Assembly: GCA_017502965.1 (NCBI GenBank)
Contig: JAFVTZ010000174.1
Location: forward strand, 1 to 26,055
From: Clostridia bacterium
Lineage (GTDB): Bacteria; Bacillota; Clostridia; Oscillospirales; Acutalibacteraceae
Length of the DNA: 26,055 nucleotides
Reading direction: 5' to 3'
Position numbers and translations under genes: made by a program. Below the pieces are notes generated by a model. It was not told where the DNA came from. It made no database searches and saw only the letters and a program-made list of their open reading frames with translations. Each line of letters begins with the position of its first letter. Within the stretch, counting starts at the first letter, position 1. Positions 1 to 9,000 of this stretch are shown piece after piece.

Positions 1-3000
1 GTAATAGGCTTTTCGGTGATATTTCCGTCCATATCTACAAGGTAAAGAATACCGCCATTAGCCGCCTGATAAGACTTAGCGCCGTTGTTATAGGCAATTT
101 TAATATAAGATTTCTTTTTAGCACCGCTAAGGTCAACATAGAAAGATATTGCTTTTTGATTTTTGTTCATAACATTAGGCAGTGAATAGAAAGAAATTTC
201 TATCTGGTCTTTATCGTAAGGTGTGCCTGTGCTTTCTTCGGTAACAGTTGAAGGGTCAATATTAAATTCTGCGGCAGCAGTAAATTTAAGCATATTGTTA
301 TACCAAGAGAAATTGTTTGAATTAACAACTGAATGTTTACTTGCACTGAATGCACTAATCAAAGAACTTTTATTTGTAAACCACTCGTATTCACGAATAA
401 TCTCACCGCTGTGATACTTAGAATAGGTATAATTTGTAACCGGTGCGGCAGGTACAGGCTCATCAGATGTCACACCGTCAACATCGAGTGTGAACTGATT
501 GTTTTTATCGAGATATGCACCGTGAGTCGGAGAATAATAGTTGAATGTAACTTTGCTTCCGTCTTTAGAAAATTTGAGAAGCATAAGCAGGTTATGAGAA
601 TTGCCCCAGTCAAGCGCCTGACCGTCCACCAGAACACTTATAACCTTGTTGCCGTTCACACCCAAATCTTCTCTGTACTGGATATCAGGTATGGAAACAT
701 GACCGCCGATGGCCATTATAATATTTTCATGACGGCTTATAAGTTTATTCCAAAGATGGATACCGTGATTGTTTCTGCCTTCATACGAGCAATAACCTGT
801 TGTTCTGAAATCGGCATCATTATTTAAATATTCGTGGGTTATAACAATTATCTTACAGTCTTTATTCTTAGCGCAAACCTGATTTGCCCACTCAACAACA
901 TTGTCATAAGGCTCGCACATAAGGTTGAGAATAAGATATTTTGTATCGTTTACTGTTATGTAATAGTAAGCATTATCTATTTTACCCTCTTCCATAAATC
1001 CGCCGAACCAGGAATAAGTGGAAATCTCACTTGCGGGGAAATATGTGTTAAGATTTGTAGTGTTATTAGGAGCAACACTTCCGTCGTAAAAATCATGGTT
1101 TCCGCCAACAACAGACCAGCCGATACCGGCCTCAGCCAATTTATCGAAATTGTCTTTTGCCAAGATATATTCTTCGGCTCTGTCCTTATTTGTAATATCT
1201 CCTACACCCATAGCGAATTTAAGATTCAAGGCGTCCTTATTATCTATCATCCACTGATACATTTTGGAGAATCCGTCGCTATCGCCTGTGACAGCCTCTC
1301 TCTGGTTTGCTATCTGAGTATCAGGAAGGACTGCAAAGGTATATCCGTCCTCAGGAATAGCACTATACTTGGCGTAAGTCTCGTCTTCAGAGGTGATGTA
1401 AAGGTCATAAACCGCTAAATCATAGTTTCCTGCTATATCAGCAAATGCATTTTCGCCGTTTAATGTCCACGCGGAAATAAGACCATCCTGAACGGTTGAC
1501 TCATTTATAGCAGAATTCAGAATTTCACTTGAGGTAAGTGCCTTACTCCAGAGTTTAAGGTTTGCCACCTCTCCGCCGAATGTTGCAGTACCGAGTTCGT
1601 CATGTATATAGTGACCTATTGTTAACGGATGATAAGGTTTAACCTCTGCAAATCCCTCGGGGATTTCGGTACTGCTTTGTAGTAAACCGTTGATATAGCA
1701 GTTTACAGTTGCAGATTCAGTATTTTTAACAAAAGCAATATGTGTCCACTTATCTGTACGAAGGTCAACATCACTAATTACAAAATTAACTGCAAGACCA
1801 TCACCGTCAGAGAGATAAAGCACGGGATTTCCCGAAGCATTCATAGAAAGAACTATAGAATCGGTCGAAGTTGTATTCGCAATACGGTATTTATTAGCAA
1901 GAATTGTGCCTGCCGCTGTACCCTCAGGGATTTTTACCCAACCCTCTATTGTGTCAATTTCCTCTGCAATTTTAGTCTCTGTTTCAACAGGGGCATCAGC
2001 CGAGAACACAGTGCCCTCTTCCAGAACAGGTTTTATGGTTGTAAGATAACCGAAATTATCGTTAGTAATAACATCGCCGTAATCTTCAAAAGCAATATTT
2101 CTTGTGGTTATTGAAACTGAATATGATTCCTCTGCACTGTTCTTATAAAGGTCTTTTTGTGTGCCGTCATAAGTATACCCCTCATGAGTTACTTCTTTAT
2201 ATGTGTAACCTGCGGTTGTCATACTCTTCAAAGACTCAAAAGGAATTACAACTGTTCCCTTGAATCCTGCAGGCAATGAGAATGTGGGCCATTCACCTGT
2301 GCCTACATTAACTGTCTCAACAGCACCATTTTCCCAGATCGCCAAAACCGGTCCGCCAGATACTATGTATCTGCGTGTATATTTGTTTTTATCATAATTT
2401 GTATTCTTAACATTATATGTAATCTGAAGAGCGGGAGCAGTTGTGAGATTTGAGAAATCCACATCATACATCATAGCCTCAAAGCCTTGTGTTGCAGGAT
2501 AATCCAAATCTACTGTATAACCGTAATTAAATGTTCCCTCTGTCCAGGCATCATTTGAAAGAGTATGCTTCAAAGCGCCTTCTTCTATTGAGAATGTGGG
2601 TAATCCTTTGCCGTTATCAGCCCAGCCTGTAGGAACTGTTGCCTCAGCATCGCTGAAATCATTGTCGACATATTCAGCATTGTAATCAAGCGGGAAATTT
2701 ACATTTGAAACCCAACGAACATTACTAAAGGCAATAGTCTCATTAGCAGGAATACAGCTGCGGAACTGGAAATACAGCATATTACTTGTATAACTTTTAT
2801 GATCCAAGCGCCATTCATCATTCAAAAACTTGCTGAAATCACCTTTACCGTCAGTAACCCAAGACGCACTAAGGTCATTGTGGTTTGCTACACCCTCAGA
2901 AGCAAGGAACATTGTTTCAGGAAAATAAAAAGTTCCCTTTTCACCGGGATAAACAAAAATTGTAGCACTGTAATCATTAGAAGAACTGCTCATTGTACGG

Positions 3001-3584
3001 GTTATCAGTTCAGGTTCAGGATTTTCTTCGGTAGCCTCAGGCAAGAAATAATAGGTCTGACCTGCAGTAGCATACATCATATCATCACCTGTAGTTGTAC
3101 GCATTGCAAATCTTGCACTCATTTTCGAGGTCGTTGAAGTTATGCCCTTAGCATCCACATCAACTGCAATATAATTTGTATCACTCTCTACCAAAGATTT
3201 AAGCACAATGTTAATCGTAAAGGTTCCTTTTTCGGCGCCCTCTGTAAATTTTGCCCAACCGTTTTCTATAGTTGTTGTGCCGCCACTAACACTTGCATAA
3301 GCGGATGCATTTGTTGCAGCGCCGGGGTCCCAGTCAACTGTGGTGGTCTTAGCCTCTCCGCTACACATTGCTCTGAAGGTATCTGCCTCATAGGGGAAAT
3401 TATTTGCAACCTTATAGGTTGTAACCGTTTTGGGGAAATCAGGCTCAGAGAGTGTGATTTCTGCCGCAAAAGAATTATTATTTTCTATTTCAGTTGCAGT
3501 TTCTTCCGCCATAACTGCGCCAAAAGGCATTGCCGCCAAAAGCACAAAAACTGCAAGAAAAATTGAAAGAATACGTTTTTTCAT
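1..3584 (-). CDS. Secreted multidomain protein (partial, runs off the left edge, >=1194 aa): signal peptide, two ~210-aa CBM-like modules, LamG jelly-roll, YvnB-like metallophosphoesterase, third module. Paralogue of the 766-aa neighbour.
   Basis: Not in the ORF track because no stop codon falls in the window; translated by hand. ATG at 3584 with RBS AAAAGGAG upstream. N-terminus MKKRILSIFLAVFVLLAAMPFGAVMA. Same frame confirmed at 2051, 1439, 1379 and 479. LamG motifs TIEGWVK, WTHIAFVK, CYINGLL, FGGEVANLKLWSKALT (~1965-1430). Metallophosphoesterase motifs FAVLPDTQ, GVGDITN, GGNHD, ITHEY, GGHVS (~1340-690). Flanking modules align with the 3690..5990 protein. Confidence 0.9.
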   Translation of the reverse strand, partial: MKKRILSIFLAVFVLLAAMPFGAVMAEETATEIENNNSFAAEITLSEPDFPKTVTTYKVANNFPYEADTFRAMCSGEAKTTTVDWDPGAATNASAYASVSGGTTTIENGWAKFTEGAEKGTFTINIVLKSLVESDTNYIAVDVDAKGITSTTSKMSARFAMRTTTGDDMMYATAGQTYYFLPEATEENPEPELITRTMSSSSNDYSATIFVYPGEKGTFYFPETMFLASEGVANHNDLSASWVTDGKGDFSKFLNDEWRLDHKSYTSNMLYFQFRSCIPANETIAFSNVRWVSNVNFPLDYNAEYVDNDFSDAEATVPTGWADNGKGLPTFSIEEGALKHTLSNDAWTEGTFNYGYTVDLDYPATQGFEAMMYDVDFSNLTTAPALQITYNVKNTNYDKNKYTRRYIVSGGPVLAIWENGAVETVNVGTGEWPTFSLPAGFKGTVVIPFESLKSMTTAGYTYKEVTHEGYTYDGTQKDLYKNSAEESYSVSITTRNIAFEDYGDVITNDNFGYLTTIKPVLEEGTVFSADAPVETETKIAEEIDTIEGWVKIPEGTAAGTILANKYRIANTTSTDSIVLSMNASGNPVLYLSDGDGLAVNFVISDVDLRTDKWTHIAFVKNTESATVNCYINGLLQSSTEIPEGFAEVKPYHPLTIGHYIHDELGTATFGGEVANLKLWSKALTSSEILNSAINESTVQDGLISAWTLNGENAFADIAGNYDLAVYDLYITSEDETYAKYSAIPEDGYTFAVLPDTQIANQREAVTGDSDGFSKMYQWMIDNKDALNLKFAMGVGDITNKDRAEEYILAKDNFDKLAEAGIGWSVVGGNHDFYDGSVAPNNTTNLNTYFPASEISTYSWFGGFMEEGKIDNAYYYITVNDTKYLILNLMCEPYDNVVEWANQVCAKNKDCKIIVITHEYLNNDADFRTTGYCSYEGRNNHGIHLWNKLISRHENIIMAIGGHVSIPDIQYREDLGVNGNKVISVLVDGQALDWGNSHNLLMLLKFSKDGSKVTFNYYSPTHGAYLDKNNQFTLDVDGVTSDEPVPAAPVTNYTYSKYHSGEIIREYEWFTNKSSLISAFSASKHSVVNSNNFSWYNNMLKFTAAAEFNIDPSTVTEESTGTPYDKDQIEISFYSLPNVMNKNQKAISFYVDLSGAKKKSYIKIAYNNGAKSYQAANGGILYLVDMDGNITEKPI

Positions 3585-3604
3585 ATATTCTTCTCCTTTT
3601 AAAA

Positions 3605-3654
3605 TGTAGGGGCGGATATTATCCGCCCGTAAGCGACTAACAGACGCCCCTACA
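3605..3654. repeat. GTAG-type REP-like inverted repeat with a nested hairpin
   Basis: TGTAGGGGCG (3605-3614) and its exact reverse complement CGCCCCTACA (3645-3654). Inner perfect stem GGGCGGAT-ATT-ATCCGCCC (3610-3628) follows GTAG. It is GC-rich in an AT-rich spacer and flanked by A/T runs. Confidence 0.7.
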
Positions 3655-3689
3655 AAAACTTAAAATATTTTGAAAACACAGATTGAAAT

Positions 3690-5990
3690 TTAATTTATGA
3701 ATGCATCTGCAAGAACTTTCTTAAGTCTTACAATATCTCTGACATCAACAAAACTGTCGCCGTTGATATCGACATCCAAGCCGCCTTCAGCATCCATAAG
3801 TCCTTTACGAAGATTTACAAGGTCAGCATTTTCATATTCTTCAAGATAGTCGATATTGCCAAAATAGCAAACCTCTGACGGTGTTGCTTCGAGCAGATAA
3901 AGTACAAGTTTAGCAGTGTTTTCCTGTGTTTCTTTAAGAACAGTGGAAGTGTTTATGAATTCACCCCAACCCCATTCTGTTGCATAAGAAGTGAAAGGAA
4001 TAACAACTGTTCCCTCGAAACCTGCAGGGAGAAGAACAGAACTCCAGGGATTAGACTCGATAATATGGGATGTAATATTTCCGTCTTTATCGATAAGATA
4101 TACAACACCGCCGATACCCGGCTGATAAGCGTTATCATTATCTGCAAAATAGTTTGCTCTGAGATAGGTCTTCTTTGTAGAAGCACTGCAGTCAATATAG
4201 AAAGAAATGGCAGTCTGGTCTGCACTGGTTACATTAGGAAGACTTGCATTTGTGATACCGATAGCGGATTTTGTATAGTATGTAGCTTCACTCTCATCTG
4301 TAGCCTCGGTTTCGATATTAAACTGAGCGGGTGCTGTAAATTTAAGCATACCGTTTTCTACAGAGAAATTATCAAGACTTACATTTGAAGTATTACCGTC
4401 TGCCCAAGTACCGAGTACAGAACTGTTTATTTCAAAACCGCTGTAAGTACGGATATTTTCAGAAATATGGTATTTTGAGTAGGTATAATCTGCAACAGGA
4501 ACAGGAAGCTCGCTGTTAGTGAGGAAACCAAAGTCGTCGTAGGTTATAACGCCGCCCTTATCCGCAAAATCAATATTTCTTACATCAATTGAAACAGAAT
4601 AGTTATTTATATCATCTGTAACAAAAAGATCGGTTGTTTTGCCGTCATAAGTATACTCACCAACTGTAAGATTCTTTAATGACTCAAAAGGAATTACAAC
4701 AGTTCCTTTGAATCCTGAAGGCATAGAAAAGGTCGGCCAGTTATCAGTTCTGACTGTAAGTGAATCTACAGAGCCGTCAGCATTAACAAAATAAACCGGA
4801 CCGCCGGAAACTATAAAACGGCGTACATAGTCATTTTTGCTGACATTTGTATTCTTTACGTTATAGGTAATCTGGAAAGCAGGTGCAACAGAAAGTGCTG
4901 ATAAATCCACATCGAACTTTAATGCCTCAAAGTTTTCGGTTATAGGATACTTAAGTTCTGCAGTAGAGCCGTAATTAAGATTATCTGCTGTCCATTCTTC
5001 GTTTGAAAATTCATGACTCCAAACGCCGTCTGCAACCGACATAGACGGAACACCTTTGCCGTTACTTGCCCAGCTCGAATAAACAACCGATTCAGCATTG
5101 CTGAAATCCTCTGCAATATACTCATATTTATAAGTATCCGAATAATTAGTAGCTTCAGAAACCCACTGGATATTGCTGAAACTCAAACTGTCGCCTACTG
5201 CCATACCGCCCTTGAAATTAAATTGAATAGAAACAAGACTGCGGTGAGTTTGTGAAACATACCAACTTGCAGGTACGAGTTTTGAAAAATCGCCGTTCCA
5301 AGCGCCCGATTTTGTTTCGGGGTCTACATAGTTATTATAACCCTCTACAATACCGAACAAGGATTCGGGAAGATAAAGAGTACCTTTATCGCCCTTGTTT
5401 ATATAGAAAGGAGTGTTGTGCCATTTACCGTAAGTACCGTTTGTTTTTCTTGTTTCAACTGAAGGATTCGGATTTTCGTCAGTAGCATCAGGCAAGAAAT
5501 AATACTCCGAAGCTGTAAGAGCATAAATTGTCTGCTCACGGTTTGATACAACAAGCTGACAAGCTTCATCATTATTAAGTCCCGAAGCATCTATATGAAC
5601 TGCAATATAAGAGGTATTTTCCTCTGTAAGAGACTTGAATAGTAACATTGTATGAACGTCTTTATTGTCCTGTATTTCCTCGGTTGCAGGAGCATTTACA
5701 GTGGCTTTTCCCTCAGTAACTACAAGGGTTGCCGCAGTCTCACTGCCGAATCTTGCATAATCCTCAGGGGCGGTTGTGACACCGTTATCCCAGCCTTCAG
5801 GTTCTCTTGTTAAGGACTGGAAAGTATTGGCATCTTTTGGGAAATTATTTGCGGGCTTATATTCAACATAAGTCGGAAATTCAGTTTTACTAAGGGATAT
5901 ATCCCAAGCTGCCGAAGCACCGAAAGACATCGGCAAAGCCGCAACCATAACTAAAAGCGCGAGTAGAATGGAAAGTATGCGTTTTTTCAT
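3690..5990 (-). CDS. Secreted 766-aa protein with three tandem ~210-aa putative carbohydrate-binding beta-sandwich modules and a C-terminal degenerate dockerin-like domain
   Basis: Signal peptide MKKRILSILLALLVMVAALPMSFGASA and RBS AAAAGGAG. Internal repeats: GGPVYFV..PSGFKGTVVIPF, GGVVYLI..PAGFEGTVVIPF and YYFL..KGDKGTLYLP. The modules end in SFSNIQWV, TYDDFGFL and YFGNIDYL. The C-terminus has DINGDSFVDVRDIVRLKKVLA. Confidence 0.85.
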   Translation of the reverse strand: MKKRILSILLALLVMVAALPMSFGASAAWDISLSKTEFPTYVEYKPANNFPKDANTFQSLTREPEGWDNGVTTAPEDYARFGSETAATLVVTEGKATVNAPATEEIQDNKDVHTMLLFKSLTEENTSYIAVHIDASGLNNDEACQLVVSNREQTIYALTASEYYFLPDATDENPNPSVETRKTNGTYGKWHNTPFYINKGDKGTLYLPESLFGIVEGYNNYVDPETKSGAWNGDFSKLVPASWYVSQTHRSLVSIQFNFKGGMAVGDSLSFSNIQWVSEATNYSDTYKYEYIAEDFSNAESVVYSSWASNGKGVPSMSVADGVWSHEFSNEEWTADNLNYGSTAELKYPITENFEALKFDVDLSALSVAPAFQITYNVKNTNVSKNDYVRRFIVSGGPVYFVNADGSVDSLTVRTDNWPTFSMPSGFKGTVVIPFESLKNLTVGEYTYDGKTTDLFVTDDINNYSVSIDVRNIDFADKGGVITYDDFGFLTNSELPVPVADYTYSKYHISENIRTYSGFEINSSVLGTWADGNTSNVSLDNFSVENGMLKFTAPAQFNIETEATDESEATYYTKSAIGITNASLPNVTSADQTAISFYIDCSASTKKTYLRANYFADNDNAYQPGIGGVVYLIDKDGNITSHIIESNPWSSVLLPAGFEGTVVIPFTSYATEWGWGEFINTSTVLKETQENTAKLVLYLLEATPSEVCYFGNIDYLEEYENADLVNLRKGLMDAEGGLDVDINGDSFVDVRDIVRLKKVLADAFIN
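3700..3830 (-). other. Dockerin-like C-terminal domain: first Ca2+ loop missing, second intact
   Basis: Helix ADLVNLRKGLM, then a linker, then the canonical D-x-N-x-D-x-x-x-D-x-x-D loop DINGDSFVDVRD and helix IVRLKKVLA. Confidence 0.65.
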
Positions 5991-6043
5991 TATTTTTTCT
6001 CCTTTTTAGTTTAGCCTCTTTTTGCTAAATTTTTATTACCACA

Positions 6044-6061
6044 GGGCAGGAAATCCTGCCC
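6044..6061. other. GC-rich intergenic hairpin with no U-tract (RNA stabilising or processing element, or a degenerate REP)
   Basis: GGGCAGG-AAAT-CCTGCCC, a perfect 7-bp stem 7 nt downstream of the 6069 stop on the minus strand. It is followed by TGTGGTAAT rather than poly-U. Confidence 0.5.
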
Positions 6062-6068
6062 GTTGATA

Positions 6069-9000
6069 TCAAGAAAAGAAATCTTTTTCTGCCTGAGATT
6101 TAGGGCCGATTACAATCTCATCAAGAACCGGAACATTGATATTGAATACAACGGTATTCTTTTCAACCTTGAAATCGATTTCGGTGAGTTCCAAAGCGCG
6201 TGTACCGTCAATATTCTGCAGCACTCTGTAAACCGTGATATCTTTTGCAGAAATTCCGAATTTCGAAAGGTCAACAGCAACATTTCCGTTATATACACCG
6301 TTGTCTTTGCCGTTACCTGAAGGATAATAACCTCTGCCCTGATTTATAAAGGGAATAACGAGGCTTTTGCCCTTGATATTCGGAGTGTATTCAATATATT
6401 TTGCGTTTTTAGAGAATGTGACCGCAGTATTTTTCGCAAGATAAGCGGTCAGAACTTCTCTTGTAACATCGGCATCGTAAGAGGTGAGATATTCGCCCGA
6501 GAACAGCGTTACATTACCATCGCCAAACTCTGAATAAAGAGCCAGCGGGTCGCCGTTTTTATGGCGCTCAATAATTTTAACCTTTTTAGCAGACTCAGTA
6601 CCTTCTATATATGTATAAGGAAGGCCGTCAACTATCTTTTGTTTAGTGAGAGAAATTCCTGCGAATTTATCCACAACCAATTTACTGTTTTCATCTTTAA
6701 ACTGACCTGCAGCAATAATCAGGTTGCCGCCTTTTTTAACATACTCTTCAAGTTTAGCAATTTTCTCTTTTGTAATGGTCTGTCCCCTACCGCAATACAC
6801 AAGAGTATCATATTGCATAAGTTTGTCGAGAGATGTTGTGTCAGAAATGATGTTAGCAGGACCGTATGGAGTACCTGTGAAGATTCTCTCCATATTTGTA
6901 CGCCCGCTCTTATCACAGTAATCAGCAAAGATAACATCAAGCAGGGTGTAATCGTTCCAATAGGTATCAGAAATCGGGATTGACTTACCTGTAAGGTTAG
7001 TCTTGGCTGCCGCTGCCCATTTTGTGGGAACATTTTCCATTTTGAATGCATTGAACATTTCTGCCCAATAAACATTATCGCTTTGCTCCCAGGCGGCAGA
7101 CAGTCCTGCGCATCTGAACCAATCGTCACCCTCACCGCGGACAATGCCGATATTTACAACTGTTTCACCAACCTCAGGGTGTGTTTTGGCGTAACGTATT
7201 CCGTCAAGCCAGGCGGCACCTTGAGTGCTGACATTTTTGCCCGAATCACTGGTACAGGGAATTTCGTTGAAAATTCCGTCAACACCGCCGTGGAAAAGGC
7301 TCAGAAAGCCTGTAAGCACAGCGTCATTACCGAAACCGTACCAATAATCACGGTCATAAGTGTCCCAACCTACACCGTATTCCATATCAAAGGAGTTTCC
7401 CGCTCCCCTTGCAGAAGCAAGGGTAATATTATAACTTGAACGGTTTGTTCCCTTGCTGTAAATCAAGTCAGCGCCTGCATTTACAAGGTTAGTGAGGTCG
7501 AAACCTGCACGGCTTGTATTATACATAATACATGCCTGCTCGCGCTTATCTATCATAGATAACAAAGTGTTATTTGCGCCTTTGAGATATTTCTGAATGG
7601 TATAATAAGCATTCATACCGCCCTGTTTTACACTCTCATATCCTGCATAAGTGCCGAGTACGGTATTTTCTATGCCCTTATCCCACATTCCGAACCAACT
7701 TTCCATTTCGCAGAAACAGATTGTAACCTTTCCGTCAGGAACGAGTTCCAGCCAGCGATTTGCAACATCTGCGGTGGCTTTAAGTCCTTTTTGCAAGGTT
7801 TCGGGAGACTTGTTTGCCATTGTGATAAGTTGGGTAAACTCATAATCACCGCGGTCATTAAGAGGCATAACGGTGTAAAGTTTCATATGCTTTACTCCGA
7901 TACTTTTTGCTCTTTCTGCCCATTTTTCGAAATTCTGTGTTCCTTTATTCTGATGCGGAATAAAGGTAAGTGAATCAATTTTCAGCCTTTTTGCCGCTTC
8001 AAGGCAATCATCATTAAGAATGTTAAGGCACAAATCGTAAACAATAGTATCGCTTACTTTATAATCAACCTTGGGGATACTTTCGATACTGTCAATATCC
8101 ACCGAATCGGCTATACTGCTTCTGAGCAGTTTTGCACCTTCTGTTTCACTGCAAGAAATAAAATCGGTTTTTTCATGCAGGTCATACTTTGTATAGTTGG
8201 GGGCTTTGAGCATATCTGTACGCTGACAGACAATACTTCTGTCGGTCCAGTTTCCGTTGGGCGGCGGCAGTATTCTGCGGCTGCAATTGGTACTCTTTCC
8301 CCTTTCTATACCTGTTTCACAGATAAATCGGATTCTTACATATTCATCCTGTGTCGGCACATATTCAAATACAATACCGTTTTTATGAGTGTAAGAATCA
8401 TAATTGTCATACGCCTTAGTCCATACAATTTTATCGTTTGCGGTGATTATATCAGGGTCTTCACCAACAAAAGGCATATTTACTGAGAACTGATAACCGT
8501 AACCCTTTTCAAGTTTCCATTCCCAGGTAATTTCAAAGCCGAAGTAACCTACTTTTCCTGATTTCGGTCTTCCGCTTAAATGGAAATAACTTGAATTCGG
8601 ACAGTAAACTGTCGGTATAGCGTTATAAGAGAACACCTTTGCATTATTGTACCACCACATTTCGGAGATACCCCATCTGTATCCGCTTGGAGACTGACCT
8701 TTCCATTTTTCATAAGAAAATGTAGGGTCAAGGCGGTAATCGTGCTCTACCCGTTCAATATCGCCACTTACAGTTTTATACACACAAAGGTCGTCAAGAT
8801 AAGATGTGCCGCTGAGGCAGTTGATATAATCCGTACTTTCAGAGTTGCCAAGGAAGGTTATCGCAACCTGCTTGTTCTCCCCTGAATCAAACACAAAACT
8901 TACTTCATCCCAGAAATCGTCAAAACCGCCCGCGGTCTGACCGAGCAAAGCGCCTGTATCGTTGCCCGAAACCTTGATTGCGGGCGACGAAAGGTTAACT

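Noticed and set aside
223-3469. Short ORFs in the track (223..414, 333..827, 834..1418, 1740..2114, 2799..3137 on +; 3266..3469 on -)
   Set aside because: They are antisense or out-of-frame shadows of the long minus-strand gene 1..3584, with no RBS or recognisable motifs and Ile/Cys-rich composition.
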